From assembly GCA_951406725.2 (NCBI GenBank), contig OX597814.1, positions 204,352,001 through 204,416,000 of the forward strand: a stretch of DNA of 64,000 nt, in the 5' to 3' direction. Numbering within the stretch: the stretch's first letter is position 1; the number at the start of each line of letters is the position of its first letter. Below, piece by piece: positions 1 to 12,589 of this stretch. The translations under genes and the position numbers were made by a program. Source of the stretch: Octopus vulgaris. Its lineage: Eukaryota. Under the pieces are notes generated by a model. The model saw only the letters and a program-made list of their open reading frames with translations, was not told the DNA's origin and did no database searches.

Positions 1-135
1 CTGCTCGAAAGCACACTGCTAGCATAGTGAATGGGGAAGGCTTGGTTTGCAATGTTTGCAGTTGTGTATGCTTGTCAAGAGCAGGGCTCATTAGCCACCA
101 ACAGAGCCGCAAATGCAAAATATAAGTTAGTCCTA
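1..135 (+). mobile_element. 3' coding remnant of an RTE-clade LINE
   Basis: Plus frame reads LVCNVCSCVCLSRAGLISHQQSR, resembling the C-terminal CxxC...SRxGLxSH motif of RTE/BovB ORFs; runs off the window edge. Confidence 0.55.
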
Positions 136-330
136 GAGTGCACAATGTTCCTAAAGGTCAGCAATGGTCTTCCTCGGTCACAAGTGGACAGCCATCATCA
201 TGTATGTTTGTGTGTATATTATCTTAGGTGGATATTCCCTCATTACACTCCAACTATAACTTGGCTCTTCAGGTAACATTTATTTATAATCCTTCTTGAG
301 ATACTTTATAAAATATATAAATTGGAAACA

Positions 331-333
<3 letters not shown>

Positions 334-391
<58 letters not shown>
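334..391. repeat. (CT)n microsatellite
   Basis: Direct inspection; it explains the ERERER ORFs at 284-494. Confidence 0.97.
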
Positions 392-395
<4 letters not shown>

Positions 396-636
396 GTGGC
401 TCTTACTACTGGGTTTAAACTGTGGAGAATACATTCCCGTTGCAGTTGTGTATACCATGTGACTGTGTTCATTTCGACAGACTTTTATAAACATTTATGT
501 GTATAACATTGTGTACCAGTGCGTTCATTTAAATTGCATCTTCTTTTCAATGGTTTAATACGTGCACAAGTAAATGTATGCATATATTAACGTGTCACTG
601 TCTACATACTGAGGTGTATACGTGTCCACATGTATG

Positions 637-1432
637 AGTCTACTGGGGCGCCAAACTAGCGATTGCTAAGTATATTTTTGGAACAAGGGAGGTCACTCTA
701 ACTTTACAACTAATTAAACAGTGTGTCGTTTGAGAATAGAAAATATTAATTGGAGATAGAAATATGTTATCAATTGGGATTTCGTGTTTTCCCCATAGGG
801 AAATCATTAAGGTTTCTATATAGATAGTTATTAACTAATTAAAGAAATTAGGTCACTTAACTGTATGTTATTAATTAGATACGAAATACTGGTAAAAGGC
901 AATAACAAAAAACGTGCAAAAAAACCTTAATGACATCTCAAGATGAAATCCCAATAGAACACACATTTCCCTTTCCTTTTCATTTTTATTCATTTTACTC
1001 TCCTGCTAGTATTTCGTTCCTAATTAGTAACAGAGAAAGAAGGATCTAATTTTTTTAATAAATTAATAACTACATACATGAAAACCTTAACGATATCCTA
1101 AAAGGTGGGAAACGCGAAACCCCAAAGGATTTCTGTTTTCAATTGATATTTTCTATTCTCTTTACGTTCCGAGTTCAAATTCCGCTGAGGTCGACTTTGT
1201 CTTTCATCCTTTAGAGGTCGATAAATTAAGCACCAGTTGCGTATTGGGGTCGATCTAACCGACTGGCCCCCTCCCAAAAAATTTGGAAACTTGTACCTAG
1301 AACAGAAAAGAATATTTTCTATTCTCATCGCCTTTCAAATGGGACTTTTGTTTAATTAATAGTAAAGTTAGAGTGACCTCCCTTTTTTTATAAATATACT
1401 TAGCAACCGATAGGTTTGAACTCCAGAAGACA
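637..1432. mobile_element. Degenerate palindromic non-autonomous DNA element (MITE-like) with a SINE inserted
   Basis: About 640-720 (GCTAAGTATATTT...GGGAGGTCACTCTAACTTTAC) is the inverted complement of about 1350-1430, and about 780-855 is inverted against about 1042-1123. No clear TSD. Confidence 0.65.
1160..1315 (+). mobile_element. tRNA-derived SINE, 5'-truncated, 'tail B' variant
   Basis: B box GAGTTCAAATTCC, then core GTCGACTTTG..CTTTCATCCTTT..GGTCGATAAA shared with many copies in the window. Confidence 0.8.
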
Positions 1433-1494
1433 TTTATATACAGTGGCCCGGGAACAAAATTTGCTTAGGGGGTGCAAACTCAGTTCCAAAATTT

Positions 1495-2590
1495 GGCACT
1501 ACTGGAGAAGTGTGGATCCGAGTTCTGGGAGTGTGCATGTCACAAATTTGCGCATGCGAGCGCGTTAGTCGTAAGTAGTTGATTTTAGCACACAGGTAAA
1601 CAACTAGACGCGCGCTACTTGCTGTAAATGGAGGGTTGGTTATCCATCTAATACAAGAAGAAAACTGCAGATAAATTGAATAAAAACATGAAAAATAACA
1701 AAATGATATTTCATTGAAAAGTAAACCATTCTGAAAGATAGTTCAGAATGTTTTCAAAACATTCATCTCCAGCTTTTCCCATATTTTATTAAGGGTTAGG
1801 GTTTAGGAGCTTTTGTTTTTATGACCGGGTCAAACGCTTTAAATTGATCGTTTAGGGTTAGGGGAGTTTAATGTTTTTTACAGTATTCAATGATTATTTT
1901 TCACTTTTATATTCAACTAGCAGTATCGCCCGGCGTTGCTCGGGTTTGTAAGGGAAATAACTATATAAGCATTTTTAGAGAGTTACTTCCCTTATAGATG
2001 CCAATTCGGGCTTTCTTAGCCATTTCTGTTTTGGTGTCTTCAAGCCATGAAGTCGTTGTTCTAAAAGAACGCTGGTCTCCTTGACAACGCTTTACGACGT
2101 TGATTTCCTTACACTCCCTTCCCCACAGCTTCACGAGGGAGGGAAGAAGGGGGAGAAGCAAACAGGTGCAGGTGTGACCATGGACGCCAAAATTATGCAT
2201 TAAAATGGAATAAAAAATGATGTTAAGTTATTTTTTAAATCGTAGACTCATCGTAGACGCGCGCTAATACTCAGACGGGCTCGATATGAATCACGACTAT
2301 AAGATACCCGAATTTGGTTAAACTGCACCGCAAAATGTGGGAGTAGTTAGGAATCTAAATCGAAGGGGACAGACACTCACACAACTACAGTTTTATATAT
2401 ATATAGATTTATCTGCAATTTTCTTTTTGTATTACATGGATAACCCCGCTCCATTTACAAGTAGCGCACATCCGCGCGTCTCGTCGTTTGCCCTGTAAGC
2501 TAAAATTGACTACTTACAACTAACACGCGCGCACGCGCAAATTTATTACATGCGCACTCTCAGATCTCAGGTCCACACTTCTGTAGTACT
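1495..2590. mobile_element. Non-autonomous TIR element, Merlin-like, about 180-bp imperfect TIRs
   Basis: 1495-1677 is inverted against 2407-2590; left end GGCACTAC; 8-bp TSD CAAAATTT (1487-1494, 2591-2598). Confidence 0.75.
1916..2408 (+). mobile_element. Non-autonomous Helitron/Helentron-like (Lep1/HINE-type) element
   Basis: Starts ACTAGCAG with a GC hairpin CCCGGCGTTGCTCGGG; ends ACAGACAC..TTTTATATATATATAGAT; no TSD; nested in the 1495-2590 element. Confidence 0.6.
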
Positions 2591-3127
2591 CAAAATTTTT
2601 ACAAACAAGGTAAAATGTTCTGATTTGGGTATTAAATCAAACAAATGTTCAATAATAATAACTTTTATTATTATGAGGATCGACTGAGAAATTAACAGGC
2701 TGACCAATATATTCTCATCGAATGTGACCAAATGAAGTTCATTTTTAAATATTAGAATCTTTTCTGCTCGATTTCATCTTCAGACATTTTTTAATTAAGC
2801 GAAAATTTTCAAATTTGATACATTGGTGTAATATTTCACGTTGAATCTGATGCTATTCACTTATTCCAGAAAAACTTTAGAAAACTGTGACAGAGGTTTA
2901 AAGTTTGATCATTTTTCCCTCAATCAGAGAACAGGATGTGAAAGCTGGCATTTTGTACAAGGTGACAACATTACAATGTTAAAACATTCAACGATGGAAG
3001 TTTTAATAAAGTTTTGTGAAATGTTGGATAAACATACTGTTGGTTTAGTTCATGTGAACAATACACATTTTTGAAACTGGAACAAAATTGAGGCAATTGA
3101 AAAGTGAAAATCAAACAGAAAAGATCA

Positions 3128-3240
3128 TCTACATACTTCTTTCAGCGATTCATTGCTTCGATTGCCTTGGAAAAGAAGCTATCCTGTTAGTTAAACAAGT
3201 TTTCAACAGCTGATAAGACATCATCACTATGATATTGGTT
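3128..3240 (-). mobile_element. Mariner transposase C-terminal remnant
   Basis: Minus frame YHSDDVLSAVENLFN*QDSFFSKAIEAMNR*KKYVD resembles mariner C-termini; contains stops. Confidence 0.55.
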
Positions 3241-3459
3241 CCTAACCGAGTATTTTTTTTATATATGTAGGGGATATAGATAATAAGATGAGGTCAAATC
3301 ACTAAAGTAGGGATCATCGGCTGGGATTCTCTCCAATGACTTTACAAAGGTCACCCGGGGCCCCAATTCGCCGTGAAACCATTTGGTAGCTGGTATCGAT
3401 ACAAAGTCTATTTATATTTATATATATATCGTATATTTATGAAGAGGGCAAATTTAGCC

Positions 3460-3717
3460 TGTATTACTTAAGCTAGTCGTGACTAGTCGATCCTTACTTT
3501 GTGTTTTTGTGTTTTATTTACTTTGTTTTAAAATAAAATATTTACTTTGTGTTTTTGTGTTTTATTTACTTTGTTTTAAAATAAAATATTTACTTTGTGT
3601 AAAAAAATCATTTATTTTGTGTTTTATTTACTTTGCTAGGTAGTCATTGTAGGATCGACTAGTCACGACTAGCTAGCGCGAGTGTGCACACCGGGACCAC
3701 TCTTCTTAAGTAGTACC
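3460..3717. mobile_element. Merlin-like MITE with internal TTTTATTTACTTTGT tandem array (left TIR partly deleted)
   Basis: Same family as 11826-12205; right end CTTAAGTAGTACC; 9-bp TSD AATTTAGCC (3451-3459, 3718-3726). Confidence 0.8.
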
Positions 3718-3729
3718 AATTTAGCCATT

Positions 3730-4670
3730 TCTCCGTAGATTGAAAAAAAGATGAACAACCTTAATCGATTTTCGAACCTTATTGGGTTCTCATCAGAGGC
3801 GTAGTGGTTCAAACATGAAAAATAGAACTCATGTTGAGTCAGACTCAAATAAGTATAGATTTATTGATCGGCGAAAGTTACATAGTGACTGAAGGTTCGA
3901 GAGTTTCGTGCAGAGGCACTTATCAAACTAATTAAATCAGTGTTTTCTATATAAAACGAAAAAGCAAGACAGTATTGGAAACAAATATGACGCAGATACT
4001 ATTTTAGGAAGACTTTTGATTGATAATACCACAGAATTAAGGCAAGATAAAAAAATGAAAGTCGTCAATATATAAGGCATTCTGCCTAAACTACGTCTTT
4101 AAGATACGATTTGTTAGTAGTAACGCTAAAAGTAAACTATTTCCTAAGGAACTCAAGAGAAGGATAAAAAGAGCAGAGAGAGGGGAATAAAGTCAAAAGG
4201 AAGGTAAGGATTAAATGAAAAATGAAAAGGGGAATCAAGGCTGAAGTGAATGCTAGGCTGGAGCTGAAAAAAGGCATTTAACCAGGTAGTGGTCAAGCAG
4301 ATAATGGTAAGGGATATTGAATGGTCGTTTTGCACCAAAAAGGTGGACGGGGGGGAAGACCCATTGACCTGGGAGCGCAGGTAGAAAGAAAGAGGAAGTG
4401 TAGAGAAAGAAGGCAATAAAGATAGATAGGTGGTGGTTATGGAGATAAGAAGAAATGAAAGGCAGTAAATAGAGAAAAGAAGATGTGTAGAGAGAAAAAA
4501 CGATAGAAATAGATAGGGAATGTTTAACAAAGAAGAGGATAGGAAAGATTAGAAAACGGAGACAATGTCCACCAAATGTTGAAAGCTGTGTGGGATACCA
4601 CTGAGTAAGAATAGAAGCGGATGTGTAGCTTTACAAATTGATTTCGTAATTTCAGTTTGCAATTATTTAT
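3730..4670 (-). mobile_element. Probable Penelope-like element remnant
   Basis: Carries one intact and one degenerate hammerhead motif plus a long polypyrimidine UTR-like tract. Coding similarity is weak and boundaries are uncertain. Confidence 0.4.
3758..3800 (-). ncRNA. Minimal type-I hammerhead ribozyme
   Basis: Minus strand GCCU-CUGAUGA-GAACC-CAAUAA-GGUUC-GAA-AA-UCGA-UU-A-AGGU: full catalytic core, 5-bp stem II, 2-bp stem III with palindromic UCGA loop, UUA cleavage triplet, 4-bp stem I. Confidence 0.8.
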
Positions 4671-5324
4671 AGTTAAATGTTTCCTTTCAAAGTTTTTACT
4701 ATCAAACAATTTTTTCATGCACATTTTGGACCTAACAATCTATATGAGAAAATCGTTTTGACTGAAAGGGTTTTATTTTTAGACTGGGGTCAAACGGTCG
4801 AATCCATTCAACCATGTTTTAAGTCTTTAGCAACACCAATTGCAAAGAACTTGGGAGTGGTACTGAAAGATGGAGAGAAGTATTTGACTGACAGAAAAAG
4901 AGAGTTACACATTTTAACTGGGTGGCAGCTGTCTTCAATAATTCAAGTAATGCTATATATTCAAAATTAACCATACATGCTGGTTGTTATTGTTGCTGCT
5001 ATTGTTGTTATTGTCACTTATTTTTTTTTTTGTATTTTGATACTACTTTCCTTCAGAAGTTAGTGGTCATAAACTCCCTAGGGAATTTTATGCCAGCTTC
5101 ATCACTTTCATTTTTTTTTTCTTTGTTTTGAGATGAGATCCAACTTGAGCATTTTATACCGATAAATTTTAGACACTTTTTTCTGAAACTGGTAAGATTA
5201 TGTAGGGGGTGCAAATTTGGATCTTGCACCCCCTGAGAATTCTAGGGAGTGCAGGTGCACCCTTGCACCCCCTATTCCCGGGCCCTTGTTTATATATGCA
5301 GATACGTAACCGATTAAACAGGCA

Positions 5325-5750
5325 CAGTACTATCACCAATACCACAATCACCAGTGGTAGTAGCTCTGATAATAACAACAGCACCGCTAACACCAACACC
5401 ACTATCACTAGTAATACTACTATCACCACTACTACCAGCAGCAACAACCACACCAACACCACCAGTAATATGAATGCCAACGCTTATGTTAACAACCATA
5501 CCACCAAGAACATCACTACCACCACCAACACCACAAATAGTAACAAAAACAAATCAAGCAATATCACACTGCTACCACCACCACCACTACCGCTATCATC
5601 ACCGCCAATACAACCTCACCACCATCCACACCATCATCATCATCATCGTCGTTGTTGTTGTTGTCATCATCATTAATATTATCATCAACACCATCACCAT
5701 GATCATCATTACTACCGCCACCATTACTACCACCATTCCATCATCATCTA
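5325..5750. repeat. Compound trinucleotide low-complexity tract (ACC/AAC/ACT/CAT/GTT)
   Basis: Direct inspection; produces spurious T/N/H- and V/L-rich ORFs on both strands. Confidence 0.9.
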
Positions 5751-8235
5751 AAAAGAGGATTGTGGGATATATGAGATAAAATAGTTCTGGATGATAATAG
5801 TCTGAAATAAAGAGAGGATGGTCATCATTGGAACAGTTGTTATCATCATTGCCACTGGCTTTATGCTATAGGTTCTCAAAGTGGGCGCTGGTGCCTAAGG
5901 GGGCAGTGGGGGTGCTGTAGAGAAAAAAGAGGCATTGAGAGGAAGGCAGTGAATTGGAGGACACTATGAATTTATTATAACATTATTATAGTATTGTATA
6001 CAAATTATATATTATATTAAATATCAAATGACTCATAATTAATAAATTAACAAAATATAAAATAGGGGTGGGGTGTTGAGGGTATTATGTGGCCATGAAG
6101 CGGGCAAAGGCCCAAAAAGTTTGAGAACCTCCACTTTATACCAAACTTTAATGATTGGTCAAAACAAATACATGGACATGGCAGTTGATTGTGTGACTGT
6201 GAGAGGTTAACAAATGAAAAGTAGTGCATTTATACACCAAAGGTTGTGGCTGTATTTCATATATCAAAGAATATGAATTAAAAATATATACCAACAGAAG
6301 TGATTGTACTCTATCTTACCAAAGACAGATGTGACTATGCTCTGGATGCAATAGAAATTCCTTGCACTTTAAAAACCATATAAAGGCACAATATTCTACA
6401 TACCAAATTATGTGAACGTATTGTATATACCAAAAAAGTGACCCCACTTTATAAAGCAAAGGATGTAGCTGTACTCTATTTATCATAACATGTGACTGTA
6501 CACTGTATACTAAAGAAAGAGAATGTACTCTATATACCAAAGGCAATGGCTGTAAAAGGTGTACTAAGTATTTGTTAACACAATTTGTTCACAGAAGTAG
6601 GCTATAAATGGAAATTGATCAAACACTATGCAATGTTGTGTGTGACAAAGTTTTAACTTTCTTACATCTCTTTCTGACATATCTACATCAGCTTGGAAGA
6701 TTTCAATCTGATGCTGGGAATGTTAAAGTTTAGCATGATCATGGGCCTAACAACAAACATGCTAAATTAACCATGGAATTAACCATGTTTTAGCATACAA
6801 GGTTATTTACTCTGTAAGGAGGAATAGATATCTATAAATACAACACAGGCTATTTTTGTTTCCATAGATGTTCACTAGTGAAGACAGTAGACCATCCATG
6901 AAGTACCAACTCTGATGCAGCAATGAGCAGGCAACCCAAAACAATCCTAAAGCTTGATGAATTCACACTGAAAAGTTTACTGTAGAGAGCTCTATAAAAA
7001 AATATTTTTTACTTCATAAACCGGTTCTGTTTTTTGGTAGAGAACATGTAGTAGTTGAGAATGTCCACTAAAACACTAATACCTTTGCTCTTTCAATTTC
7101 TGCAGATATTTCATTTTTCATGCATATCATGCAGTCACTTTCATCTTACACACATTATGCAGACTCACTTGTACCTTACACACAAGCAGATCCACTTGCA
7201 TTTTCACACATGTCATGTAGACTCCATTTGCTTCTTCTGCATGCACATGGCAGTTGATTCTGTCAGTCCATTTGCCAACTCATCACCTGTAACATTCACT
7301 CACTGGATTATATTTGTGCAGTCATTCAGTTTTCACTATTTTTTGTTTTATTTTGATGGTTAGTGATCAGTTTCCCAGAAATCTAGAAGGAAGCTAATGT
7401 AGCTGCTATTGTGCAGCCAAACAAGGTTTCAGTCATTCACCATTTTCACCAGTTTATCAGACTAATGACAGCATGCACTGGTTATATAAATAAAACTCAA
7501 AGCTGCTCTCTCTCTCTCTCTCTCTCTAGCTATCTGTCTGCCTGCCTGTCTGTCTATCTATCTATCTATCTATCTTGTCTGCCAGAAAAAGGAGCAGCAG
7601 TATCAATCATTGTCTACATTTGTTTCAGTTACTCTTAATATGACACATTGCAGTTGAACAAGATATTGATTTGTTGTATCTCTGTTCCACAGGTTACCAG
7701 TCACATATATTGATTACCTTTTTTTTCTTATCTCTGCAACATTTTCTCTTCATATTATATGTATAGCTTGAAAAAAAAACTTTGAATTTTACACACAGTT
7801 CTGATTTTCTAAACACATTCAGTTGGTAATCTTACAAAAAATAATTTAGTCCTACAAATATGTTCTAAATTTAATCATTTATTAAGACCACTAATTACTA
7901 AATTTCTGCTGCATCATAACTGTTCTAGGCTTTAATTCACAAAGCAGTATTCACTTTGGAGTCCTTTCTATTGATTGACATCTATCTTTTCAAGCTTTCA
8001 CATGTTGCTAATTAACATTCACTGACTTCAGGATCAGACTTCTATATACTTCCTATTATAAAACAAAACCAGTTTTCTACAATATAATTATTTTATTAAT
8101 TTAACAATAGATTTTAGAGTATGAATTAACTGCTATTTCACGATAAATTGTACTAAACACTATAAACCTTACGATTTGAGATGGATGGGAGAGACAGGCC
8201 AACTGTTAGAACTCGAATCAGTTTCTATCACTTAC

Positions 8236-8353
8236 CAGTCATGATAGATCCATGGTCAGAATCACATCAAAGAATTTGTTATTCTTTTCTAACACAAATG
8301 ATTGTCTATAATGTCTAGTTGATTTCAAAGTAATTAGTGATTCCTCATAAAAC
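8236..8353 (-). other. Candidate 118-nt exon of an unidentified minus-strand transcript
   Basis: Acceptor ...tttttttgttttcccaaatcacacatattttcag| and consensus donor CTG|GTAAGT; ends ATG ACT G, so possibly a 5'-UTR/start exon. No protein similarity recognised. Confidence 0.4.
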
Positions 8354-9079
8354 CTGAAAATATGTGTGATTTGGGAAAACAAAAAAATTGAAATTATGAC
8401 AATAGGTTCCACTTGAAATATTGACTAGTCTCTCTCATGTCATAAACTCTACATTTTCTTATTTATTCTTTAAAAATAAGATCTATCTGCTGAAAAGAGG
8501 GTGGAGATTAATTACACCAGTATATAACAAGTATAACTACAGTCACTTACCACATCTTGAACATATTGCTTCTCTGGGCATTGGTAAACTAAAGTTTCAA
8601 CATCTAGCTCTTGATACAGTAGGAACACATATGATCATCTACTATCTTTCCAACAACAATTTTAGCCACCTTTTTGAATTCAATATCTCTACTACCCTCA
8701 AACATACTTATAAAACCCAAAAAACACAACAGCACTCCTAACTTTTGGAAATATTTTTCACACCCGAAATTATTGAAGCAGGGAATAAACTACCCTTGTT
8801 GGCTGTTAGCTGTTGGTTGTTGACTGTCAGAACATGGCATCATTCAAAATTCCATGTTTCCTGAAATTCACCAATACTGCTTTCTGTGTGCATATGCACT
8901 TTCCCTCTAAATGACTCCTACGCAGTTCCTTTGTCAGTTTTTTTTTTGTTGTTTTTTTGTCTTATTCTGTGTACAAAATCTCTACTTTTCACTCACTACT
9001 GATTTTTGTTGTTTTTTTACTTACTGCTGTATTATGTCCCCTCATCTACCTTTTTTTATTCCTCACAAGCTGTAGTGCA

Positions 9080-9500
9080 CCTAAGCATTCATTCTCAAGG
9101 AAACTCTGGGCATTGACTGAAATCAACTGGTGGGTCTGTTCCAGAGAGCTTTTGGAATGGGGCCCAGGGATTATCATCAGAAATCCTTAGCCTGGCAGTG
9201 TTGTCAGTGATTACTGCCTCAAGCTCAGCAAGCATACAAGTGCCTTTAACCTGATCTGCCTAAGATGTGCACAGAGCAACAACACAACTCTGCATATGCA
9301 CTCATATAGTGCCTGAACATTGATGAATTGGGAAGTTATGTTGAAAACCTGCAATCAATTGCAGGAAAGATCCTGCTATCATGGCTGGAAAACACAGGCA
9401 ATCTATATATGTCTGGTGACTTAAGCAAAAGAAGTTGTGTGATGAACCAGATTGAAAGAACTGAAGTCAGACACTTCAATTTTTTCAAGTACCAGTTGAA
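9080..9500 (+). mobile_element. Degenerate 3' fragment of the Tx1/L1-like LINE family
   Basis: Similar to the 3' ORF2 ends at about 20070-20450 and 25330-25600 (NFFKYQL vs NLFKYHL; CLRC zinc-knuckle remnant). Confidence 0.55.
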
Positions 9501-9534
9501 CAATGGGGTTGATGTAATTAAAACCATTATTAAA

Positions 9535-11060
9535 ACCATTATTATTATTATTACTATTGTTATTATTATTATTTTCCGATTGATTTGCATTTTATTTCAT
9601 CTTCCAACTAGGTCTCAACCAGAGACCTAAGGCACATATATATTATATGGAAAGAATCTTTTTGAGGACGTGGGTGGTTGATGTCAACACAATTGTTTTG
9701 AGTTTCATAGATTATTGGTTTCCCAGGGATCTTGTCAAAAAATTTCTCACTACCTTTCTTGATTGTTCCCAGGGCACCTACAGCAACAAGGATGATTTTG
9801 ATTCTTAATTGCCATGTCCTAGATATTTCAATTTGAAGGTCATTACATTTCAACAATTTTTCAAGTTCCTTTGCTGAGATGTTTCTATTACTAGACACTG
9901 TCATTTCACTTAACAGGCATGTTTTTTGTCTTAGGTCTTTGATGATGTCTGGTCTATTAGCATTTATTTGCTTGTCTATATGTATCCCATAATCCCATAG
10001 GATAGTAACATTCTTTCCCTCAGTGACTGGCTCTGAATGGTGTTCATACCAGTTCTTAGGGTGTGGGATATCATAGTGATGGCATATTCTCTATTGCAAG
10101 TATTGGCCAACTTGATCAAGCCTGGTTTTATATTCTGTAGATGCAAGAACTGAGCAAACGGCAACGTAGTCAACACTTTCAAGTTTGTCATTGCAGAGTC
10201 TATACTTTGTGTCTACCTTCTTGTGTGTGGCATTAGCTTGATAGTTCTAGGTGAGGAGGCTCTGATCTTATGCCACGAGGATAAATCCTTCTGTTTCAGC
10301 ATTTAAACCAGCACTCTGCAGCCACTGATGAGTTCTTCTCATATCTACATCAGCTTCCCAGCTCATTTGGAGTATTGCCCATGCAATGGTTTTTCTTTCC
10401 ACAGTCTCGATATTACCTTCAAGCTTTCCTGTTTGGCTTTTGTTTTACACATTTTTGCTGCCTAAGTGGGTGGTGTGCCCTCCTTATCATCATCATAATC
10501 AGACAGGTTAAGTTCTTATATGCTTCTATTGAGATTGAGTGTAATTTCTTAATTTGTTCATATTGCCTTACCAGCTGTACCATCCAGCTGGTGTTATTCT
10601 GGATGTACATTTGGAGTCCTATCATGGTTGTTTTATAGGATGTTTCAGGTTGGATTAGGCCTCTACCACTTTCCCTTTTTGAGAGATAGAGCCTGTGGAC
10701 GTCCAATTTTGGGTGGTGCATCATGTTTACTGTCAGCAGTTTCCTGAACTCCATACTCTGGAGTTCACTCAGATTCCAATTGATGAAATTAAGGCTATAT
10801 GGGACAACTGGTACAGCCAGGGGGTTTATAGCTGCAATTCTATTCTAGAAGTCAGCTCAATATTCAGGATCATTCTGATATGTCTATAATACTCTTTCCT
10901 GATCTTGTCTATCATTGATCCATGTTGAATCCCTTTCCCTTTGTGCATTCCAAGATACTTGTAAAAACCTTTTTGATCCAAGTCCTTGATAAATGTATCA
11001 TGATCAAGTTAGGCCATGGTATTAGCAGTCAATTTACCACATTTGAACAAAGCTTTTGCA
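9535..11060 (-). mobile_element. Dong/R4-clade non-LTR retrotransposon, 5'-truncated and degenerate
   Basis: HHPKLDVHRLYLSKRESGRGL (RT thumb); WLQSAGLNAETEGFI; KELEKLLKCNDLQIEISRTWQ...VGALGTI (restriction-like endonuclease end); (AAT)n tail at 9535-9572. Confidence 0.85.
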
Positions 11061-11825
11061 CATTATCAACTCATAAATAAAATTTCAAAGTTTGTTAATT
11101 TGCAATTACAGCACTGGATTAAATTATGCCTTACATGTAGCTCAGTGACTAGAATTGACTGGATAGCTTGATCATTTTCTCTCTGTTATGGACTAGAAAG
11201 AATTTTTTTTTTTATGTTGTAGAAGTTGAAGGCAGAAAATTGACTGAATTGTGAGAGATAAAATGCCTGACTGTATTTATTCTTGTGCTCTGTGTTCACA
11301 TCCTGATAAAAAGTCAATCTTGCTTTTTTCATTTTTCTGGACGTTGATAAACAAAGTATCATTTTAAGATTGTTGACTGACAGAAGTTTTAGACTATTCA
11401 TACGATTCTGTTCTGTTTGCATTCTCAGTTCCCTTTAACACCAACTCCTAGTCCTTGTGTTCAACTCTATCCACTCCATTGTAAGTAATCAGACCACCAG
11501 TCACCAGTTTGAAGATGCCTTCCTTCCTCACTCCTCCCATAAATCTTGGAGATCCTGTTTATAGTCATGGACACTGCTTTTCTCCTGACCAAAACGATAA
11601 AAAACAATATCTGGATCTTTACCTTTTGACCGACAGATTTTTAAAATAATTTTTTGTAAAGATCCAAATATCTGGCTATAAAAGAATGTTTCCCTTAAAT
11701 TGTAATCAAATCTTCCTCATCCCGTGTTATGTTTATGCTGGACTAATAATCTTTATATTACAACATAAATGTTTCAGTGGATATGTTAATCTGAACCAGA
11801 CTAAGCACATGTTATATCGCTGATT

Positions 11826-12205
11826 GGTGCTACTTAAGAAGAGTGGTCCCGGTGCGCGCACTCGCGTACTCGCGCATCCGCACTAGCTAATCGTGACTAG
11901 TCGATCCTTATTTTGTGTTTTTGTTTTATTTACTTTGTTTTAAAAAATTATTTACTTTGTGTTTTATTTACTTTGTTTAAAAAAACTATTTACTTTGTGT
12001 TTTTGTGTTTTATTTACTTTGTTCTTTTGTGTTTTATTTACTTTGTTTTAAAAAAATTATTTACTTTGTGTAAAAAAAATTATTTATTTTGTGTTTTATT
12101 TACTTTGCTAGGTAGTCGTTGTAGGATCGACTAGTCACGACTAGCTAGCGCGGGTGCGCGAATACGTGAGTGCGCGTACCGGGACCACTCTTCTTAAGTA
12201 GTACC
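11826..12205. mobile_element. Merlin-like MITE with about 85-bp TIRs and internal AT-rich tandem array
   Basis: GGTGCTACTTAAGAAGAGTGGTCCCGG ... CCGGGACCACTCTTCTTAAGTAGTACC; 8-bp TSD CGCTGATT / CGTTGATT (1 mismatch). Confidence 0.85.
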
Positions 12206-12589
12206 CGTTGATTTAGATTAATATACAAAAGAAATCATCAGCATTATTTTGCGTTATTAACGAAAATCAGAAAGGATTTATGAAGAACAATAACACAGCG
12301 ACCAAGTGAACTCGAAATCAAACATAATATCATAGTTAAATACTATATAGTTATATAATTTTTCGGGAAATCTAAAGTGGGGTTTTTTTTTTGTTTTTTT
12401 ACAGTAACGGGTCAATACTAAAGGAAAATCCGGGGGAAATGCTAAAACAATTTACATGTCCCTACTCACTGCTGTTTGGGCAGAGATGGGCTAACCGCAA
12501 GTATACGTTTTGTTTTTTATTCATATAACATGTATGTATACGATACATATATAGTACAAAGAAAAGAGAAAAAATATCAATGCAGTACC

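Larger units (their letters stand above)
1441..5288. mobile_element. hAT-like DNA transposon relic (3.85 kb) hosting nested insertions
   Basis: Termini CAGTGGCCCGGGAA / TTCCCGGGCCCTTG, subterminal AGGGGGTGCA motifs at both ends, perfect 8-bp TSD TTTATATA (1433-1440, 5289-5296). Minus-strand YCSHELN near 3050 resembles the hAT CxxH-LN motif (weak). Confidence 0.75.

Noticed and set aside
5169-5779. Overlapping ORFs rich in T/N/H or V/L/I (mucin- or membrane-protein-like)
   Set aside because: They are translations of a compound trinucleotide repeat, open on both strands, with no splice or domain evidence.
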